Below, piece after piece: positions 48,263-59,837 of a stretch of 64,000 nt of DNA (the first letter of the stretch is position 1; each line of letters begins with the position of its first letter). Source of the DNA: an uncultured Gemmatimonadales bacterium (GTDB lineage: Bacteria; Gemmatimonadota; Gemmatimonadetes; Gemmatimonadales; GWC2-71-9); NCBI GenBank assembly GCA_963825055.1, contig CAWGSK010000002.1, forward strand, positions 96,001 through 160,000, given 5' to 3'. The notes under the pieces are model-generated. The model saw nothing but the letters and a program-made list of their open reading frames with translations. It searched no databases and was not told the origin of the DNA. The translations under genes were made by a program, and so were the position numbers.

Positions 48263-49131
48263 GCGCCGCGACCTCCCGCGAGGTCTTCGGCGCCACCTTC
48301 CAGAATCCCGTGCTCCTGGCCGCCGGCACCGCCGGGTATGGCCGGGAACTTGACGGCGTGATGGATCTCGACCGGCTCGGCGGGATCGTGACCAAGGCGG
48401 TTTCCGTCGAACCTCGCGCGGGCAACCCTCCGCCCCGTGTTGCCGAGTTTCGCGGCGGCATGCTGAATTCCGTCGGACTGGCGAACCCCGGTCTCGCCGC
48501 AGTGGTCGCCGAAGACCTCCCCTGGCTCGCCGGGCGGCTCCAGCACGCCCGGATCGTCGTGAACGTCGTCGGCTTCACGGTCGAGGAGTACGGTCGTGTG
48601 ATCGAGGGGCTGGAGGACGTCCCCGGCATCTGCGCGTACGAGTTGAATCTCTCCTGCCCGAACACCAGTGCGGGCGGTATCGAGTTCGGCGCCGATCCGG
48701 CCTCGGTGCGTGAGGTCGTGACGGATTGCCGCGGCCGCACGTCCCGGGCGGTGGTGGCCAAACTCTCGCCGGTCCTGCCCGACCCTGGGGGCATCGCCAG
48801 GGTGGCGCGTGATGCCGGGGCCGACGGGGCCACGGTCGTAAACACGCTGCCGGGCTCGCTCGATGACAGCAGGGGCCGGTCCCGCCTTGGCCGGCCGTGG
48901 GGAGGGGTCAGCGGCCCGGCCCTGCTCCCGGTTGGTCTGGCCGCCGTGCGGCGCGTGCGCGAGCAGCTGGGCGACTGGCCGGTCATCGGGGTCGGTGGGG
49001 TGCGCACCGCCGCCGACGTGCGCGCCTACCTCCGGGCCGGCGCGTCCCTCGTCGCCATCGGGACCGCTGCCCTGGCGGACCCCCACCTTCCCGAGCGCAT
49101 TGTCACGGATCTGGAACGCCATGGCCTGTGA
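48259..49131 (+). CDS. pyrD: Dihydroorotate dehydrogenase, family 1 catalytic subunit
   Basis: GNPPPRV, MLNSVGLANPG, ELNLSCPN, KLSP, GGVSGP and IGVGG. Confidence 0.92.
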   Translation: MSAATSREVFGATFQNPVLLAAGTAGYGRELDGVMDLDRLGGIVTKAVSVEPRAGNPPPRVAEFRGGMLNSVGLANPGLAAVVAEDLPWLAGRLQHARIVVNVVGFTVEEYGRVIEGLEDVPGICAYELNLSCPNTSAGGIEFGADPASVREVVTDCRGRTSRAVVAKLSPVLPDPGGIARVARDAGADGATVVNTLPGSLDDSRGRSRLGRPWGGVSGPALLPVGLAAVRRVREQLGDWPVIGVGGVRTAADVRAYLRAGASLVAIGTAALADPHLPERIVTDLERHGL

Positions 49132-49804
49132 GATAATTGTCGCCCTCGATGTCCCCAGCTCCCGGGAGGCCCTGCCCCTCGTGGACAGCCTGCCCCGACT
49201 GGCCTGGGTCAAGGTCGGCTCCGTGCTCATGACCCGGGAGGGTCCCGGCCTGGTCCGGCAGCTCCTCGACCGGGGGCTCAACGTCTTCCTCGACCTCAAG
49301 TGGCACGATATTCCCAACACCGTCGCCGGCGCGGTGGCGGCTGCCAGTGACATGGGCATCCGGATGGCCACCGTGCACGCCCTTGGAGGGCGCCCCATGA
49401 TGGAGGCGGCCGCGCGGGCGGCGGGCTCCGGACTGGGGCTCGTCGGGGTGACAGTGCTGACCTCTCACGATGACAAGGGATATGCGGGTGCGACTGGCAG
49501 GGACAGCGTGAACCTGCTCCAGGAAGTGGAGCGGCAGAGCCGGAATGCCATGGATGCGGGTCTACGCGGGGTCGTGTGCTCCCCCCTCGAGGTGGCCGTG
49601 GTACGCGGGGCGATCGGACCCGGCGGGTGGATAGTCGTGCCGGGCATCCGTCGCGCCGGGGATCAGGCGGGGGACCAGGCCCGGGTTGCCACGCCGGCGG
49701 ATGCGGTCCGGGCCGGGGCCACCCACCTGGTGGTGGGTCGGCCGGTGCTGGAAGCCGCGGAGCCGGCCGCCGCGTTTCAATCCATCCTGGAGGAGATCGC
49801 GTGA
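49121..49804 (+). CDS. pyrF: Orotidine-5'-phosphate decarboxylase
   Basis: VALD, FLDLKWHDIPNT, VTVLTS, PGIR and VVGRP. Confidence 0.95.
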   Translation: MACEIIVALDVPSSREALPLVDSLPRLAWVKVGSVLMTREGPGLVRQLLDRGLNVFLDLKWHDIPNTVAGAVAAASDMGIRMATVHALGGRPMMEAAARAAGSGLGLVGVTVLTSHDDKGYAGATGRDSVNLLQEVERQSRNAMDAGLRGVVCSPLEVAVVRGAIGPGGWIVVPGIRRAGDQAGDQARVATPADAVRAGATHLVVGRPVLEAAEPAAAFQSILEEIA

Positions 49805-50238
49805 GCCGGGCCCTCTGGCTGGCGGTGGGGCTCGTTCTGGCCTCGACCGCCGGTGCCGGCGCGCAGGCCGCCCATGTGGCCGGTCCGGACCTCGCGAGGC
49901 TGGCCGACGGTGCCGCCAGGGCCGTCGGGTCCCAGGACGGCGCCGGACTGGTGTCGGGCGTGCCCCGCCTCGTGATCCAGCTGCCGGGTGTGGAACCTTC
50001 CGGCCCCGTGGACCGGCCCCAGGCCGTGGCCCTGCTCAAGGGGTTCTTCCAGGGGGCGGTGGAGGAAGGCACGGTGGTCCGGGCGGCCCGGGAGGTCGGG
50101 GCGGGGCGGGGGCTGGTCGAGCTGGTTCGCCGGTACCGGACGAGGGGAACCCAGACCATCCGGGAGCAGGCGATTCTTCTGGGGTATCGGCTGGAGGAGT
50201 CCGGCTGGCGCCTGGTGGAGCTCCGGGTGGAGCACTAG
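49801..50238 (+). CDS. Secreted hypothetical protein
   Basis: Signal peptide (ALWLAVGLVLASTAGAGA); GTGA overlap with pyrF. Confidence 0.65.
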   Translation: MSRALWLAVGLVLASTAGAGAQAAHVAGPDLARLADGAARAVGSQDGAGLVSGVPRLVIQLPGVEPSGPVDRPQAVALLKGFFQGAVEEGTVVRAAREVGAGRGLVELVRRYRTRGTQTIREQAILLGYRLEESGWRLVELRVEH

Positions 50239-50244
50239 CTTTTC

Positions 50245-50294
50245 CCCTGTCCGCCCTGTCCGCCCTGTCCGCCCTGTCCGCCCTGTCCGCCCTG
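50245..50294. repeat. 9-mer tandem repeat (CCCTGTCCG) x5.5
   Basis: Five perfect copies at 50245-50289 plus a partial copy, directly upstream of the rpmJ promoter. Confidence 0.9.
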
Positions 50295-50308
50295 CCAATC
50301 ACCTTGCC

Positions 50309-50337
50309 TTGCATACGGTTTTGGGGCCAGCTATATT
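50309..50337 (+). promoter_or_regulatory. sigma70 promoter of the rpmJ-rplQ (alpha) operon
   Basis: TTGCAT-N17-TATATT. Confidence 0.7.
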
Positions 50338-50375
50338 GACAAGCTAACCCTGAAACCGGTCATCTGGAGAGCAGT

Positions 50376-50492
50376 GTGAAGGTACGTTCTAGTGTCAAGC
50401 CAATCTGCGAGCATTGCAAGGTGATCCGCCGCCGCGGGGTGGTGCGCATCATCTGCAAGCGGAATCCCAAGCACAAGCAGCGGCAGGGTTAA
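50376..50492 (+). CDS. rpmJ: 50S ribosomal protein L36 (zinc-binding type; absent from the ORF track)
   Basis: GTG start, [45 protein letters not shown]. Confidence 0.96.
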   Translation: MKVRSSVKPICEHCKVIRRRGVVRIICKRNPKHKQRQG

Positions 50493-50493
50493 C

Positions 50494-50874
50494 ATGGCGC
50501 GAATCGCTGGTGTGGACCTGCCGCGCGAGAAGCGCGTGGAAGCCGCTCTCACGTACATCTACGGGATCGGGCAGTCGACGAGCACCCGGATCCTGACGGA
50601 GACGGGTGTCAACCCGGACAGTCGCGTGCGCGACCTCACGGACGCGGAAGTGGCGCGGCTCCGGCAGTACATCGAGCGCACGCTCCGGGTCGAAGGCGCG
50701 CTCCGGACCGAAGTGGCCATGAACATCAAGCGATTGATGGACATCGGCAGTTATCGCGGGATCCGTCACCGCCGGGGCCTCCCCGTGCGCGGGCAGCGGA
50801 CCCACACCAACGCGCGGACCAAGAAGGGGCCGCGTCGGGCCATCGCGGGCAAGAAGAAGGCGACGAAGAAGTAA
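50494..50874 (+). CDS. rpsM: 30S ribosomal protein S13
   Basis: [27 protein letters not shown]. Confidence 0.97.
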   Translation: MARIAGVDLPREKRVEAALTYIYGIGQSTSTRILTETGVNPDSRVRDLTDAEVARLRQYIERTLRVEGALRTEVAMNIKRLMDIGSYRGIRHRRGLPVRGQRTHTNARTKKGPRRAIAGKKKATKK

Positions 50875-50875
50875 T

Positions 50876-51271
50876 ATGACTCCACCAAGCCGCACGGGGG
50901 GCGCGAAGCGCTCCAAGAAGGTCGTCGAGTCCGAGGGCGTGGCCCACATCTCGGCGACGTTCAACAACGTCCTGATCACGATCACCGATTCGCACGGCAA
51001 CACGGTCAGCTGGGGATCCGCCGGCAAGGCGGGCTTCAAGGGCTCGAAGAAGTCCACGCCGTTCGCCGCCACCGTGGCGGCCGAGAACTGCGCCCGGGAA
51101 GCCATGAACCTCGGCATGCGCCGGGTGCACGTCCGGGTCCAGGGCCCGGGCAGCGGTCGCGAGTCGGCCATTCAGGCGCTGGCATCGGCCGGCCTCCGGG
51201 TGCTCAGCATCCGCGACGTCACGCCGATCCCCCACAACGGTTGCCGCCCGCCCAAGAAGCGGAGGGTCTGA
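50876..51271 (+). CDS. rpsK: 30S ribosomal protein S11
   Basis: [30 protein letters not shown]. Confidence 0.97.
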   Translation: MTPPSRTGGAKRSKKVVESEGVAHISATFNNVLITITDSHGNTVSWGSAGKAGFKGSKKSTPFAATVAAENCAREAMNLGMRRVHVRVQGPGSGRESAIQALASAGLRVLSIRDVTPIPHNGCRPPKKRRV

Positions 51272-51274
51272 GGC

Positions 51275-51910
51275 ATGTCACGCTATACCGGACCCAGCTG
51301 CCGCCTCTGCCGGCGCGAAGGGACCAAGCTGTTCCTGAAGGGCACCCGCTGCCTGACCGACAAGTGCGCGGTCGAGCGCCGCGGCTATCCCGCGGGCCAG
51401 CACGGCCCCGCCGGCGCGCGTCGCCGCAAGACGTCCGAGTACTCCAAGCAGCTCCGCGAGAAGCAGAAGGTGAAGCGGACCTACGGCCTGTCGGAGGGCC
51501 AGTTCCGCAGCCTGTTCGAGAAGGTCTCGACCCAGCCCGGCGTCAAGGGCACGAACCTCCTCGTCGCGCTGGAGACCCGGCTCGACAACATCGTCTACCG
51601 CATGGGCTTCGCGTCCAGTCGGAAGGCGGCCCGTCAGCTCATCCGGCACGGGCACATTGAAGTGAACGGAAACAAGGTGGACATCCCGTCTTATCACGTG
51701 CTGCCGAACATGGAGGTCCGTGTGGCCACCACCAGCCGTGAAATGACGAGTGTCCAGGCCGCACTCGAGAGCGCGTCGCGTGGTGCGCCGGTTGCCTGGC
51801 TTTCCGTCAATGCCGACACGATGGCCGGCCGGCTGGTCGAGCGGCCCACGCGGGATGCCATCCCCATCAACGCGCAGGAGCAGCTCGTCGTCGAGCTGTA
51901 TTCGAAGTGA
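51275..51910 (+). CDS. rpsD: 30S ribosomal protein S4 (with zinc-ribbon cysteines)
   Basis: RYTGPSCRLCRREG, QLREKQK, LETRLDN, VVELYSK. Confidence 0.97.
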   Translation: MSRYTGPSCRLCRREGTKLFLKGTRCLTDKCAVERRGYPAGQHGPAGARRRKTSEYSKQLREKQKVKRTYGLSEGQFRSLFEKVSTQPGVKGTNLLVALETRLDNIVYRMGFASSRKAARQLIRHGHIEVNGNKVDIPSYHVLPNMEVRVATTSREMTSVQAALESASRGAPVAWLSVNADTMAGRLVERPTRDAIPINAQEQLVVELYSK

Positions 51911-51912
51911 CC

Positions 51913-52977
51913 ATGAGCATTGACCTGACTGGACTCGTCCGCCCGCACCTCGTCGAGATGACCAAGCGCGACGAGCTGCCCTACTACGCCGAATTCCGGC
52001 TGCAGCCGCTCGAGCGCGGCTTCGGCTACACCCTCGGTAACTCGCTGCGGCGCCTGCTGCTCTCCTCGCTCCGGGGCTCGGCCGTCTGGGCCTTCCGCCT
52101 CGATGGCGTGGTGCATGAGCACCAGACGGTGCCGGGGGTGCTCGAGGATATCCACCAGATCATCCAGCGCCTCAAGGCGCTGACCCTGGTGCTGGCCGAG
52201 GACGTGGACGAGGCGACCCTGACCATCCAGTGCGACAGCGCCGGCCCGGTCTACGCCCGTGACATCCAGCCGCACGGCTCGGTCGAGATCGTCAACCCGG
52301 ACCACCTGCTCTTCACGCTCCAGGACGACCGCGAGATCAACGGTGAGTTCTACGTGAACAAGGGCCGTGGCTACGTGGAGTCCGAGCTGCACCAGATCGA
52401 CCGGTCCCTGCCGGTGGACACGGTGCGCATCGATGCCATCTACAATCCGGTCCGCCGCGCCAACTTCCACGTCGCGGAGACGCGCGTGGGCCAGCGCACC
52501 GACTATGACCGCCTGACGGTGAGCGTCGAGACCAACGGCACCATCACTCCTGAGGACGCCGTGGCGTACGCCGCCGCCCTCGCGCAGGAGCACTTCCGCT
52601 ACTTCGTCGAGTTCGGCAAGGTGCCGGTCGCCCGGCCGGAGCCGGCGCAGTCCGAGGACACCAGCGCGCTCCGCGCCCAGCTCGGCCGCCCGATCGACGA
52701 CCTGGGCCTGTCGGTCCGCTCGCTCAACTCGCTCAAGAACTCGAACATCCGCACCCTGGGTGACCTGGTCGCGCTCCAGGAAGAGGAGCTCCTCAAGGTC
52801 AAGAACGTGGGCGAGAAGGCCCTGGGCGAGATCGCCGACGTGCTGCGTCGCGAGGAGCTCAACTTCGGCATGACCTTCGAGGAGCAGGATGGAGAGCTCC
52901 GCGTGGTGGATGCCGGTACGGCGCCGGCCACGACCTCGACGGGCGGAAGCGACGACGCGGGCGACGGGGAGGCCTGA
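51913..52977 (+). CDS. rpoA: RNA polymerase alpha subunit
   Basis: PLERGFGYTLGNSLRRLLLSS, RVGQRTDYD, LSVRSLNSL; alternative GTG start at 51907. Confidence 0.97.
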   Translation: MSIDLTGLVRPHLVEMTKRDELPYYAEFRLQPLERGFGYTLGNSLRRLLLSSLRGSAVWAFRLDGVVHEHQTVPGVLEDIHQIIQRLKALTLVLAEDVDEATLTIQCDSAGPVYARDIQPHGSVEIVNPDHLLFTLQDDREINGEFYVNKGRGYVESELHQIDRSLPVDTVRIDAIYNPVRRANFHVAETRVGQRTDYDRLTVSVETNGTITPEDAVAYAAALAQEHFRYFVEFGKVPVARPEPAQSEDTSALRAQLGRPIDDLGLSVRSLNSLKNSNIRTLGDLVALQEEELLKVKNVGEKALGEIADVLRREELNFGMTFEEQDGELRVVDAGTAPATTSTGGSDDAGDGEA

Positions 52978-53333
52978 TGCGCCACAATCACAAGGGCCGC
53001 CAGCTGTCCCGGACGTCCAGCCACCGGCGGGCGATGCTGAACAACATGGCCGCCAGCCTGTTCGCCCACGGCGGGGTCACCACCACCAGCGCCAAGGCCA
53101 AGGAGCTCCGGCCCCTCGCCGAGAAGCTGATCACCCTGGCGCGCCGGGGCGACCTGCACTCGCGTCGCCTGGTCGAGCGGCGGATCAAGGATCGCATGAT
53201 CCTCGGCCGGCTGTTCAGCGAGATCGGCCCGCGCTTTGCGGCCCGGCCCGGCGGCTACACCCGCATCCTCAAGCTGGGCTTCCGCCCGGGCGATGGCGCC
53301 GACGTGGCGCGCATCGAGCTGCTGGCCGAGTAG
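52977..53333 (+). CDS. rplQ: 50S ribosomal protein L17
   Basis: MRH...LSRTSSHR, KAKELR, RPGGYTRILK. Confidence 0.97.
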   Translation: MRHNHKGRQLSRTSSHRRAMLNNMAASLFAHGGVTTTSAKAKELRPLAEKLITLARRGDLHSRRLVERRIKDRMILGRLFSEIGPRFAARPGGYTRILKLGFRPGDGADVARIELLAE

Positions 53334-53376
53334 TGATCAGGCAGGCGCACCGGCCGGCGCGGGTGACGGGCATGAC

Positions 53377-53404
53377 AAAGGGGACCTCGTGGTCCCCTTT
53401 TTTT
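53377..53404 (+). terminator. Intrinsic terminator after rplQ, possibly bidirectional with rpmB
   Basis: AAAGGGGACC-TCGT-GGTCCCCTTT stem followed by further Ts. Confidence 0.88.
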
Positions 53405-53440
53405 ACGGTCGGAAGGGCGGGCGGGATGCGCGCCCGAACG

Positions 53441-53632
53441 TCAGGCCGGTTTCTTCACCCGGTTGCTCTTGATGCACTGGGTGCAGACCTGCACCCGCCG
53501 CGGGGCCCCGTTCACCTCGACCCGCACGGTCTGGAGGTTCGGGTACCACCGGCGCTTGGTCCGGTTGTTCGCGTGGCTGACGTTGTTGCCCGTGACCGGG
53601 CCCTTGCCGCAGATGGTGCAGACGCGTGCCAT
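53441..53632 (-). CDS. rpmB: 50S ribosomal protein L28
   Basis: [34 protein letters not shown]. Confidence 0.96.
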   Translation of the reverse strand: MARVCTICGKGPVTGNNVSHANNRTKRRWYPNLQTVRVEVNGAPRRVQVCTQCIKSNRVKKPA

Positions 53633-53727
53633 ACTGACGTCCTGAAAGAGTTCCTTGTCCAGAAAACTGCCACAGTCCCTAAAGATAACCTCGGGGCAAT
53701 ACCCGGACAACCGGGAGGGGTGAGCGG

Positions 53728-54693
53728 ATGCCGCGGGCGCTGATTACCGGGATCACGGGCCAGGACGGCTCGTATCTGGCCGAGTTCCTCCTGGAGAAGG
53801 GTTATGACGTGGTCGGCGTGGTCCGCCGCACCAGCCACCACAGCTACGAGCGGATCGAGCCCATCCTCGACCGCATCACGGTGGTGGCGGCCGACCTGCT
53901 CGACCAGCACAGCCTCACCGTGGTCCTGGGGGACACCCAGCCGGACGAGGTCTACAACCTGGCCGCGCAGTCCTATGTGCCGACCTCCTGGAGCCAGCCG
54001 GTCCTGACCGGGGAATTCACCGCCCTGGGCGTGACCCGGATCCTCGAGGCCGTGCGCCTGGCCGCCCCCCGCGCCCGGTTCTACCAGGCAAGCTCCTCCG
54101 AGATGTTCGGCAAGGCGGTGGAGACCCCCCAGAGAGAGTCCACGCCCTTCTACCCCCGCTCGCCGTACGGTGTGGCCAAGGTCTATGGCCACTGGATCAC
54201 CGTGAACTATCGCGAGTCCTACGGCCTCTACGCCGCGAGCGGCATCCTCTTCAATCACGAGAGTCCGCGGCGCGGGGTGGAGTTCGTCACCCGGAAGGTT
54301 ACGGAAGCGGTCGCCCGCATCCGGCACGGGCGCCAGCAGCAGCTCTTCCTGGGCAACCTGGACGCCCGCCGTGACTGGGGCTTCGCGGGCGACTATGTCG
54401 ACGCCATGTGGCGGATGCTCCAGCAGGACCGGCCCTCGGACTACGTGATCGGGACGGGTGAGACCCACTCCGTGAAGGAACTGGTGGAGGTAGCCTTCAG
54501 CCACGCCGGCCTCGACTGGCGCGACTACGTGGAGGTGGACCCCAAACTGGTCCGTCCCGCCGAGGTGGACCTGCTCCTGGCCGATGCCTCCCGCGCCCGG
54601 GAGGAGCTGGGCTGGACACCCACCGTGGGGTTTGCTGACCTGGTCCGCATGATGGTCGACGCCGACCTCGAGCGGCAGCGCGGACGGGCATGA
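53728..54693 (+). CDS. gmd: GDP-mannose 4,6-dehydratase
   Basis: [42 protein letters not shown]. Confidence 0.95.
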   Translation: MPRALITGITGQDGSYLAEFLLEKGYDVVGVVRRTSHHSYERIEPILDRITVVAADLLDQHSLTVVLGDTQPDEVYNLAAQSYVPTSWSQPVLTGEFTALGVTRILEAVRLAAPRARFYQASSSEMFGKAVETPQRESTPFYPRSPYGVAKVYGHWITVNYRESYGLYAASGILFNHESPRRGVEFVTRKVTEAVARIRHGRQQQLFLGNLDARRDWGFAGDYVDAMWRMLQQDRPSDYVIGTGETHSVKELVEVAFSHAGLDWRDYVEVDPKLVRPAEVDLLLADASRAREELGWTPTVGFADLVRMMVDADLERQRGRA

Positions 54694-55619
54694 ACATACT
54701 CGTCACCGGCGCGGATGGCTTTGTCGGAAGCTGGCTGGCCCGGCGGCTGCTGGAGGAGGGCCACTCGGTCTCCGGGACGGTCCGGACCGGCCGGCCCGCT
54801 CCCAACCGGATCCTGGACGACCGGGAGCGCGGGGCGATCAGCTGGCGCGCGATGGAGCTCGGTAATCCCCCGTCCCTCGCCGCCGCCCTGGAGGGCGAGT
54901 GGGATGCCGTTGTCCACCTGGCCGCCGTCTCGGGCTCGGGCGGCGCCGAGCGCGACCCCGCCACGGCCTGGCAGGTCAACGCGGTCGGGACCGCAAACCT
55001 GCTCGGCACCCTGGCGCGGGGGACCCGACGGCCGGTGACGGTGCTCGTGGTGAGTTCGGGCGAGGTGTACGGGGCGGGAGAGCCCCGCCCTCGGCGCGAG
55101 ACCGACCCGGTCGCGCCCCGCTCCGCATACGCCTGGAGCAAGGCCGGCGCCGAACTGGCCGCCTTCTCCCATGACAACCACCGGAATCTCCGCGTGATGA
55201 TCGCACGCCCGTTCCCCCACACCGGCCCCGGCCAGGTGGCCCTCCTCGTGCCCCGCTGGCTGGCGCGCCTCCGGGAAGGGGATGGGGAGGTCCGCATCGG
55301 CGATCCCGGCGCTGTCCGGGACTACCTTGACGTGCGCGACGTGGTGGAGGCGTACCGCCTCCTGCTGGACCAGGGCGAGCCCGGGGCCGTGTACAACGTC
55401 GCGAGGGGCACCGGCTTCACCCTCGGCAGTATCTTCGAGTCGCTGCGGAGCGCGCTGGGATCGGGTGCCCGGCTCGTCGCCCGGCCCGACCCGGCACGGA
55501 CCTGGGACGTGGACCACCTGGTGGGTGATCCCGCCCGACTCACAACCGCCACAGGCTGGACCCCCCGCCTGTCCTTCGAGCAGACTCTTGCGGACATGAT
55601 CGATGCCGAAGCGCACTGA
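54690..55619 (+). CDS. NAD-dependent epimerase/reductase (GDP-4-keto-6-deoxymannose reductase, Rmd-like)
   Basis: [39 protein letters not shown]; follows gmd. Confidence 0.8.
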   Translation: MNILVTGADGFVGSWLARRLLEEGHSVSGTVRTGRPAPNRILDDRERGAISWRAMELGNPPSLAAALEGEWDAVVHLAAVSGSGGAERDPATAWQVNAVGTANLLGTLARGTRRPVTVLVVSSGEVYGAGEPRPRRETDPVAPRSAYAWSKAGAELAAFSHDNHRNLRVMIARPFPHTGPGQVALLVPRWLARLREGDGEVRIGDPGAVRDYLDVRDVVEAYRLLLDQGEPGAVYNVARGTGFTLGSIFESLRSALGSGARLVARPDPARTWDVDHLVGDPARLTTATGWTPRLSFEQTLADMIDAEAH

Positions 55620-58600
55620 CCTCTCCTCCATCCTCCTCATCGGCTCGGGGCCCATCGTGATCGGGCAGGGAGCGGAATTCGACTACTCGGGCACACAGGC
55701 GGTGCGAGCCCTCAAGGAGGAGGGATACCGGGTCATCCTGGTGAACTCGAATCCGGCCACGATCATGACCGATCCCGAACTGGCCGACCGGACCTATATC
55801 GAGCCGGTCACGCCGGAGTGGGTCGCGCGGGTAATCGAACGCGAGCGTCCCGACGCGCTGCTCCCGACCATGGGCGGGCAGACCGCGCTCAACGTGGCGA
55901 TGGCGCTGGTGAAGGACGGCACCCTCGAGCGCTTCGGGGTGGAACTGATCGGCGCGGACGAGCGGGCGATCCGGATCGCCGAGGACCGCGACGAGTTTGC
56001 CCAGGCAATGCGGCGGCTCGGCCTCGCGACCCCGCAGGGCGGCACGATCCGGTCCCTGGAGGAGGCGATGGCGCTGGTGGAGGATATCGGCTATCCCGCC
56101 ATCATCCGGCCGTCCTTCACCCTCGGCGGCACCGGGGGCGGCATCGCCTACAACCGGGAAGAGTTCGAGCGGATGGTCGAGCGGGGGCTCGATCTCTCGC
56201 CGGTCAACTCCGTGCTGGTGGAGCGCAGCATCCTCGGCTGGAAGGAGTTCGAGCTCGAGGTCATGCGCGACGGCGCCGACAACGTCGTGATTGTCTGCTC
56301 GATCGAGAACGTGGATCCGATGGGGGTGCACACGGGCGACTCGATCACGGTCGCGCCCGCAATGACCCTGACGGACCGCGAGTACCAGGCGATGCGCGAT
56401 GCCTCCATCCGGATCATCCGCGAGGTGGGCGTTGCCGCGGGCGGCTGCAACATCCAGTTCGCGGTCAACCCCGCCAACGGCGAGCAGTTGGTGATCGAGA
56501 TGAACCCGCGCGTCTCCCGGAGCTCCGCGCTCGCCTCCAAGGCGACGGGATTCCCGATCGCCCGGATCGGCACCAAGGTGGCGGTCGGCTACACGCTGGA
56601 CGAGCTGCCCAACGATATCACGCGAACGACCCCGGCGTCCTTCGAGCCCGTCCTTGACTATGTCGTCATCAAGATCCCGCGCTTTGCCTTCGAGAAGTTC
56701 CCCGCCGCCGACTTCCGGCTCACCACGCAGATGAAATCGGTGGGGGAGGTCATGGCAATCGGGCGGACCTTCAAGGAAGCGCTGCAGAAGGGGCTCCGCG
56801 GGCTGGAGATCGACCGGACCGGCTGGACGGTCGGGGACACGCCCGCCGACGACCGCCTGGAAGACCTCACGCCGGACACCATCGGCGCCGCGCTCCGTAC
56901 CCCGACCCCGGAGCGGATCTTCCAGGTGAAGCGCGCGTTCGAGGCCGGGATGAGCGTGGAGGAAATCTCCGCCTTCAGCCGGATCGACCCCTGGTTCGTG
57001 GCCCAGATGGAAGAACTGGTCCAGGCGGAGCATGAATGGCTGGCCGTGGACCTGGATGACGACGCGGTGGTGGGCCCCGCGCTCCGGCGCCTCAAGCGTC
57101 AGGGGTTTTCCGACCGGCAGCTGGCCGACCTCCGCGGTCTCCGGGAAGCCGACCTCCGCGCCCGGCGGCATGCCCTCGGCATCCGTCCCGCCTACAAGAC
57201 GGTTGACACCTGCGCCGGCGAGTTCCCCTCGTCCACACCGTACCTGTACTCCTCCTACGACGAGGAGAACGAGGCCGTGGGTGGCGAAGGGCGGCGCACC
57301 GTGGTCATCCTGGGCAGCGGGCCGAACCGCATCGGGCAGGGCGTGGAGTTCGACTACTGCTGCGTGCGCGCGGTGATGGCGTTCCGGGAGATGGGCTTCC
57401 GGACGGTCATGGTGAACTCCAATCCCGAAACGGTTTCCACCGACTACGACATCTCCGACACACTCTACTTCGAGCCCCTCACGCTCGAGGATGTGCTTGA
57501 GATCGTGCACGTGGAGCAGCCCGAGGGCGTCGTGGTGCAGCTCGGCGGCCAGACCCCGCTCAAGCTGGCCCGCGGTCTCGAAGCCGCCGGCGTCCGGATC
57601 CTCGGCACGTCGCCCGATGCCATCGACGCGGCGGAAGACCGCCGCCGGTTCGAGGCGATGGCGCGCGACCTGGGCGTGGCCCAGCCTCCCAGCGGCACCG
57701 CAACGTCGCTGGACGAGGCCCTCGCCGTGGCCGAGCGCGTCGGATACCCGGTGCTGGTACGGCCGAGTTATGTCCTGGGAGGCCGGGCGATGCAGATCGT
57801 CTACGACTCCGACTCGCTCCGCAACTATTTCGTGCAGGCGGTGAAGGCCGCGCCCGAGCACCCCGTGCTGATCGATTCCTTCCTCGAGGATGCGTTCGAG
57901 GCGGACGTGGATGCCATCGCGGACGGCGAGCGGTGCATCATCGGCGGGGTCATGCAGCACATCGAGGACGCGGGGATCCACTCCGGCGATTCGGCCTGCG
58001 TGCTGCCGCCCTACCTGATCACCGAGGAGCAGGTCGAGCAGATGCGGCAGCACACCCGCGACTTCGCGCTGCGGCTCGGCGTGATCGGCCTGCTCAACGT
58101 GCAGTACGCGATTCGCGATGGAATCGTCTACGTGCTCGAGGTGAACCCGCGGGGCTCGCGCACCGTGCCCTTTGTGAGCAAGGCCACCGGCATCAGCTTC
58201 GCCAGCCTGGCCGCGCGCGTCATGGCAGGGCAGTCGCTGGAGGAACTCGGGCTGCACGATGACGTCGTCGCCCCCTACGTCGCCGTCAAGGAGGCGGTCT
58301 TCCCCTTCTCCAAGCTGCCGGGAGTGGACCTCATCCTCGGGCCCGAGATGCGGAGCACCGGCGAGGTCATGGGCATCGCCGACTCCTTCGGGATGGCATT
58401 CGGCAAGGCGCAGGCGAGCGCCGATGGCACCCTGCCGCTGGAGGGCGCCGTCTTCGTCACCGTGAACGACCGGGACAAGCAGACGGTCACGCCCATCGCG
58501 CGGCGGTTCCACGAGCTGGGGTTCAAGGTCTACGCCACGGAAGGCACCGCCCGGCACCTCCGTGCGCGCGGCGTGCCCGCCGAGCGGGTCCTGAAGGTGT

Positions 58601-58869
58601 GGGAGGGCCGGCCCAACGCCATTGATCTCCTGGTCTCCGGACGGATTCACCTGCTGATCAACACGCCCCTCGGAAAGCTCACCCAGCGGGACGACTACGC
58701 GATCCGGCAGGCGGCGCTGACCCACCGCGTCCCGTACACCACCACCATGTCCGCCGCCAGCGCGGCGTGCGACGCGATCATCGCCTTCCGGAGCCGGGAG
58801 CGAGAGGTCCGCTCGCTGCAGGAGTGGCATGAACTGGCGCGGGAGCTTGCGGAGGCCGGCGGCGCATGA
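55603..58869 (+). CDS. carB: Carbamoyl-phosphate synthase large subunit
   Basis: [15 protein letters not shown], duplicated ATP-grasp domains, MGS domain. Confidence 0.97.
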   Translation: MPKRTDLSSILLIGSGPIVIGQGAEFDYSGTQAVRALKEEGYRVILVNSNPATIMTDPELADRTYIEPVTPEWVARVIERERPDALLPTMGGQTALNVAMALVKDGTLERFGVELIGADERAIRIAEDRDEFAQAMRRLGLATPQGGTIRSLEEAMALVEDIGYPAIIRPSFTLGGTGGGIAYNREEFERMVERGLDLSPVNSVLVERSILGWKEFELEVMRDGADNVVIVCSIENVDPMGVHTGDSITVAPAMTLTDREYQAMRDASIRIIREVGVAAGGCNIQFAVNPANGEQLVIEMNPRVSRSSALASKATGFPIARIGTKVAVGYTLDELPNDITRTTPASFEPVLDYVVIKIPRFAFEKFPAADFRLTTQMKSVGEVMAIGRTFKEALQKGLRGLEIDRTGWTVGDTPADDRLEDLTPDTIGAALRTPTPERIFQVKRAFEAGMSVEEISAFSRIDPWFVAQMEELVQAEHEWLAVDLDDDAVVGPALRRLKRQGFSDRQLADLRGLREADLRARRHALGIRPAYKTVDTCAGEFPSSTPYLYSSYDEENEAVGGEGRRTVVILGSGPNRIGQGVEFDYCCVRAVMAFREMGFRTVMVNSNPETVSTDYDISDTLYFEPLTLEDVLEIVHVEQPEGVVVQLGGQTPLKLARGLEAAGVRILGTSPDAIDAAEDRRRFEAMARDLGVAQPPSGTATSLDEALAVAERVGYPVLVRPSYVLGGRAMQIVYDSDSLRNYFVQAVKAAPEHPVLIDSFLEDAFEADVDAIADGERCIIGGVMQHIEDAGIHSGDSACVLPPYLITEEQVEQMRQHTRDFALRLGVIGLLNVQYAIRDGIVYVLEVNPRGSRTVPFVSKATGISFASLAARVMAGQSLEELGLHDDVVAPYVAVKEAVFPFSKLPGVDLILGPEMRSTGEVMGIADSFGMAFGKAQASADGTLPLEGAVFVTVNDRDKQTVTPIARRFHELGFKVYATEGTARHLRARGVPAERVLKVWEGRPNAIDLLVSGRIHLLINTPLGKLTQRDDYAIRQAALTHRVPYTTTMSAASAACDAIIAFRSREREVRSLQEWHELARELAEAGGA

Positions 58870-59819
58870 CCGCGCGTGCCCCCGGCTTCATCGCGGAGCT
58901 CCGCGAACGGGTCAGGGGAGAAGTCCGTGAGGGCGAGCCGCTCGCCCGGTACTCCACCTGGCGCATCGGCGGGCCGGCGACGGTCCTGCTGGCGGCTGCC
59001 CCGGAGGACGTCGGCGCCGCGCTCCGCTTCTGCGCGGAGTCCGGGACGCCGTGGTTTGCGCTGGGCCTCGGCAGTAACATCCTGCTCCCCGATGCGGGCC
59101 TCGATGCCCTCGTGATCCGGATGGGCAAGGGGCTGGATGCCGTGCGGCAGGAGGGCGGCGCCTGGTCGCTGGGCGCCGGGCTGCCGGCCCCGCTGGCGGC
59201 CCGGAAAACGGCCCAGGCGGGCTGGGGCGGGCTCCACATGATGGTCGGCGTGCCGGGCAGCGTGGGGGGCGGGGTGTACATGAACGCGGGCTGCCATGGC
59301 GGCGAATGGGCCGCCGTGGTGGAGGCGGTGACGGTCGTGGACGCGTCGGGCCGGGATCGGGTCGTGCTCCGCGCCGACATCCCCTTTGCCTACCGGACCA
59401 GCGGCCTCGAAGGGCAGGTCGTGCTCGAGGCCCGGGTGGCGCTGCATCCCGAGCAGGCGGAGCGGCTCAATGCCGAGGTGGCGGAGCTCTTCCGCTGGCG
59501 GCAGGAGGGAACACCGTTCAACCAGCCATGCTGCGGCAGCACCTTCCGGAATCCGGGAGGTGTCTCAGGCGTGGTGGAGGGCGGGCCGCGCACGGCGGGA
59601 CAGCTGGTCGAGGCCGCGGGGCTGAAGGGCGTCCGTGAAGGAGCGATCGAGGTCTCCCCCATGCACGCCAACTATTTCGTGAATACGGGGGGCGGGACGG
59701 CGGCCGATGCCCGCAGGCTCATCCGCCGCGCGCGCGAGACGGTCCGTGAGCGTTTCGGCGTCGAACTTGAGACGGAAGTGAAAATCATCGGCCCCGAGGG
59801 CCGCTACGAGGCGCCCTGA
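58866..59819 (+). CDS. murB: UDP-N-acetylenolpyruvoylglucosamine reductase
   Basis: [39 protein letters not shown]. Confidence 0.94.
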   Translation: MTARAPGFIAELRERVRGEVREGEPLARYSTWRIGGPATVLLAAAPEDVGAALRFCAESGTPWFALGLGSNILLPDAGLDALVIRMGKGLDAVRQEGGAWSLGAGLPAPLAARKTAQAGWGGLHMMVGVPGSVGGGVYMNAGCHGGEWAAVVEAVTVVDASGRDRVVLRADIPFAYRTSGLEGQVVLEARVALHPEQAERLNAEVAELFRWRQEGTPFNQPCCGSTFRNPGGVSGVVEGGPRTAGQLVEAAGLKGVREGAIEVSPMHANYFVNTGGGTAADARRLIRRARETVRERFGVELETEVKIIGPEGRYEAP

Positions 59820-59837
59820 GCGGCGCGGGAATCCAGC

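Noticed and set aside
55540..58830. Very long antisense ORFs (for example 55540-58830, 5197-7956, 26953-29421, 36274-38793)
   Set aside because: Shadow ORFs opposite well-supported genes, expected in high-GC DNA, with no motifs of their own
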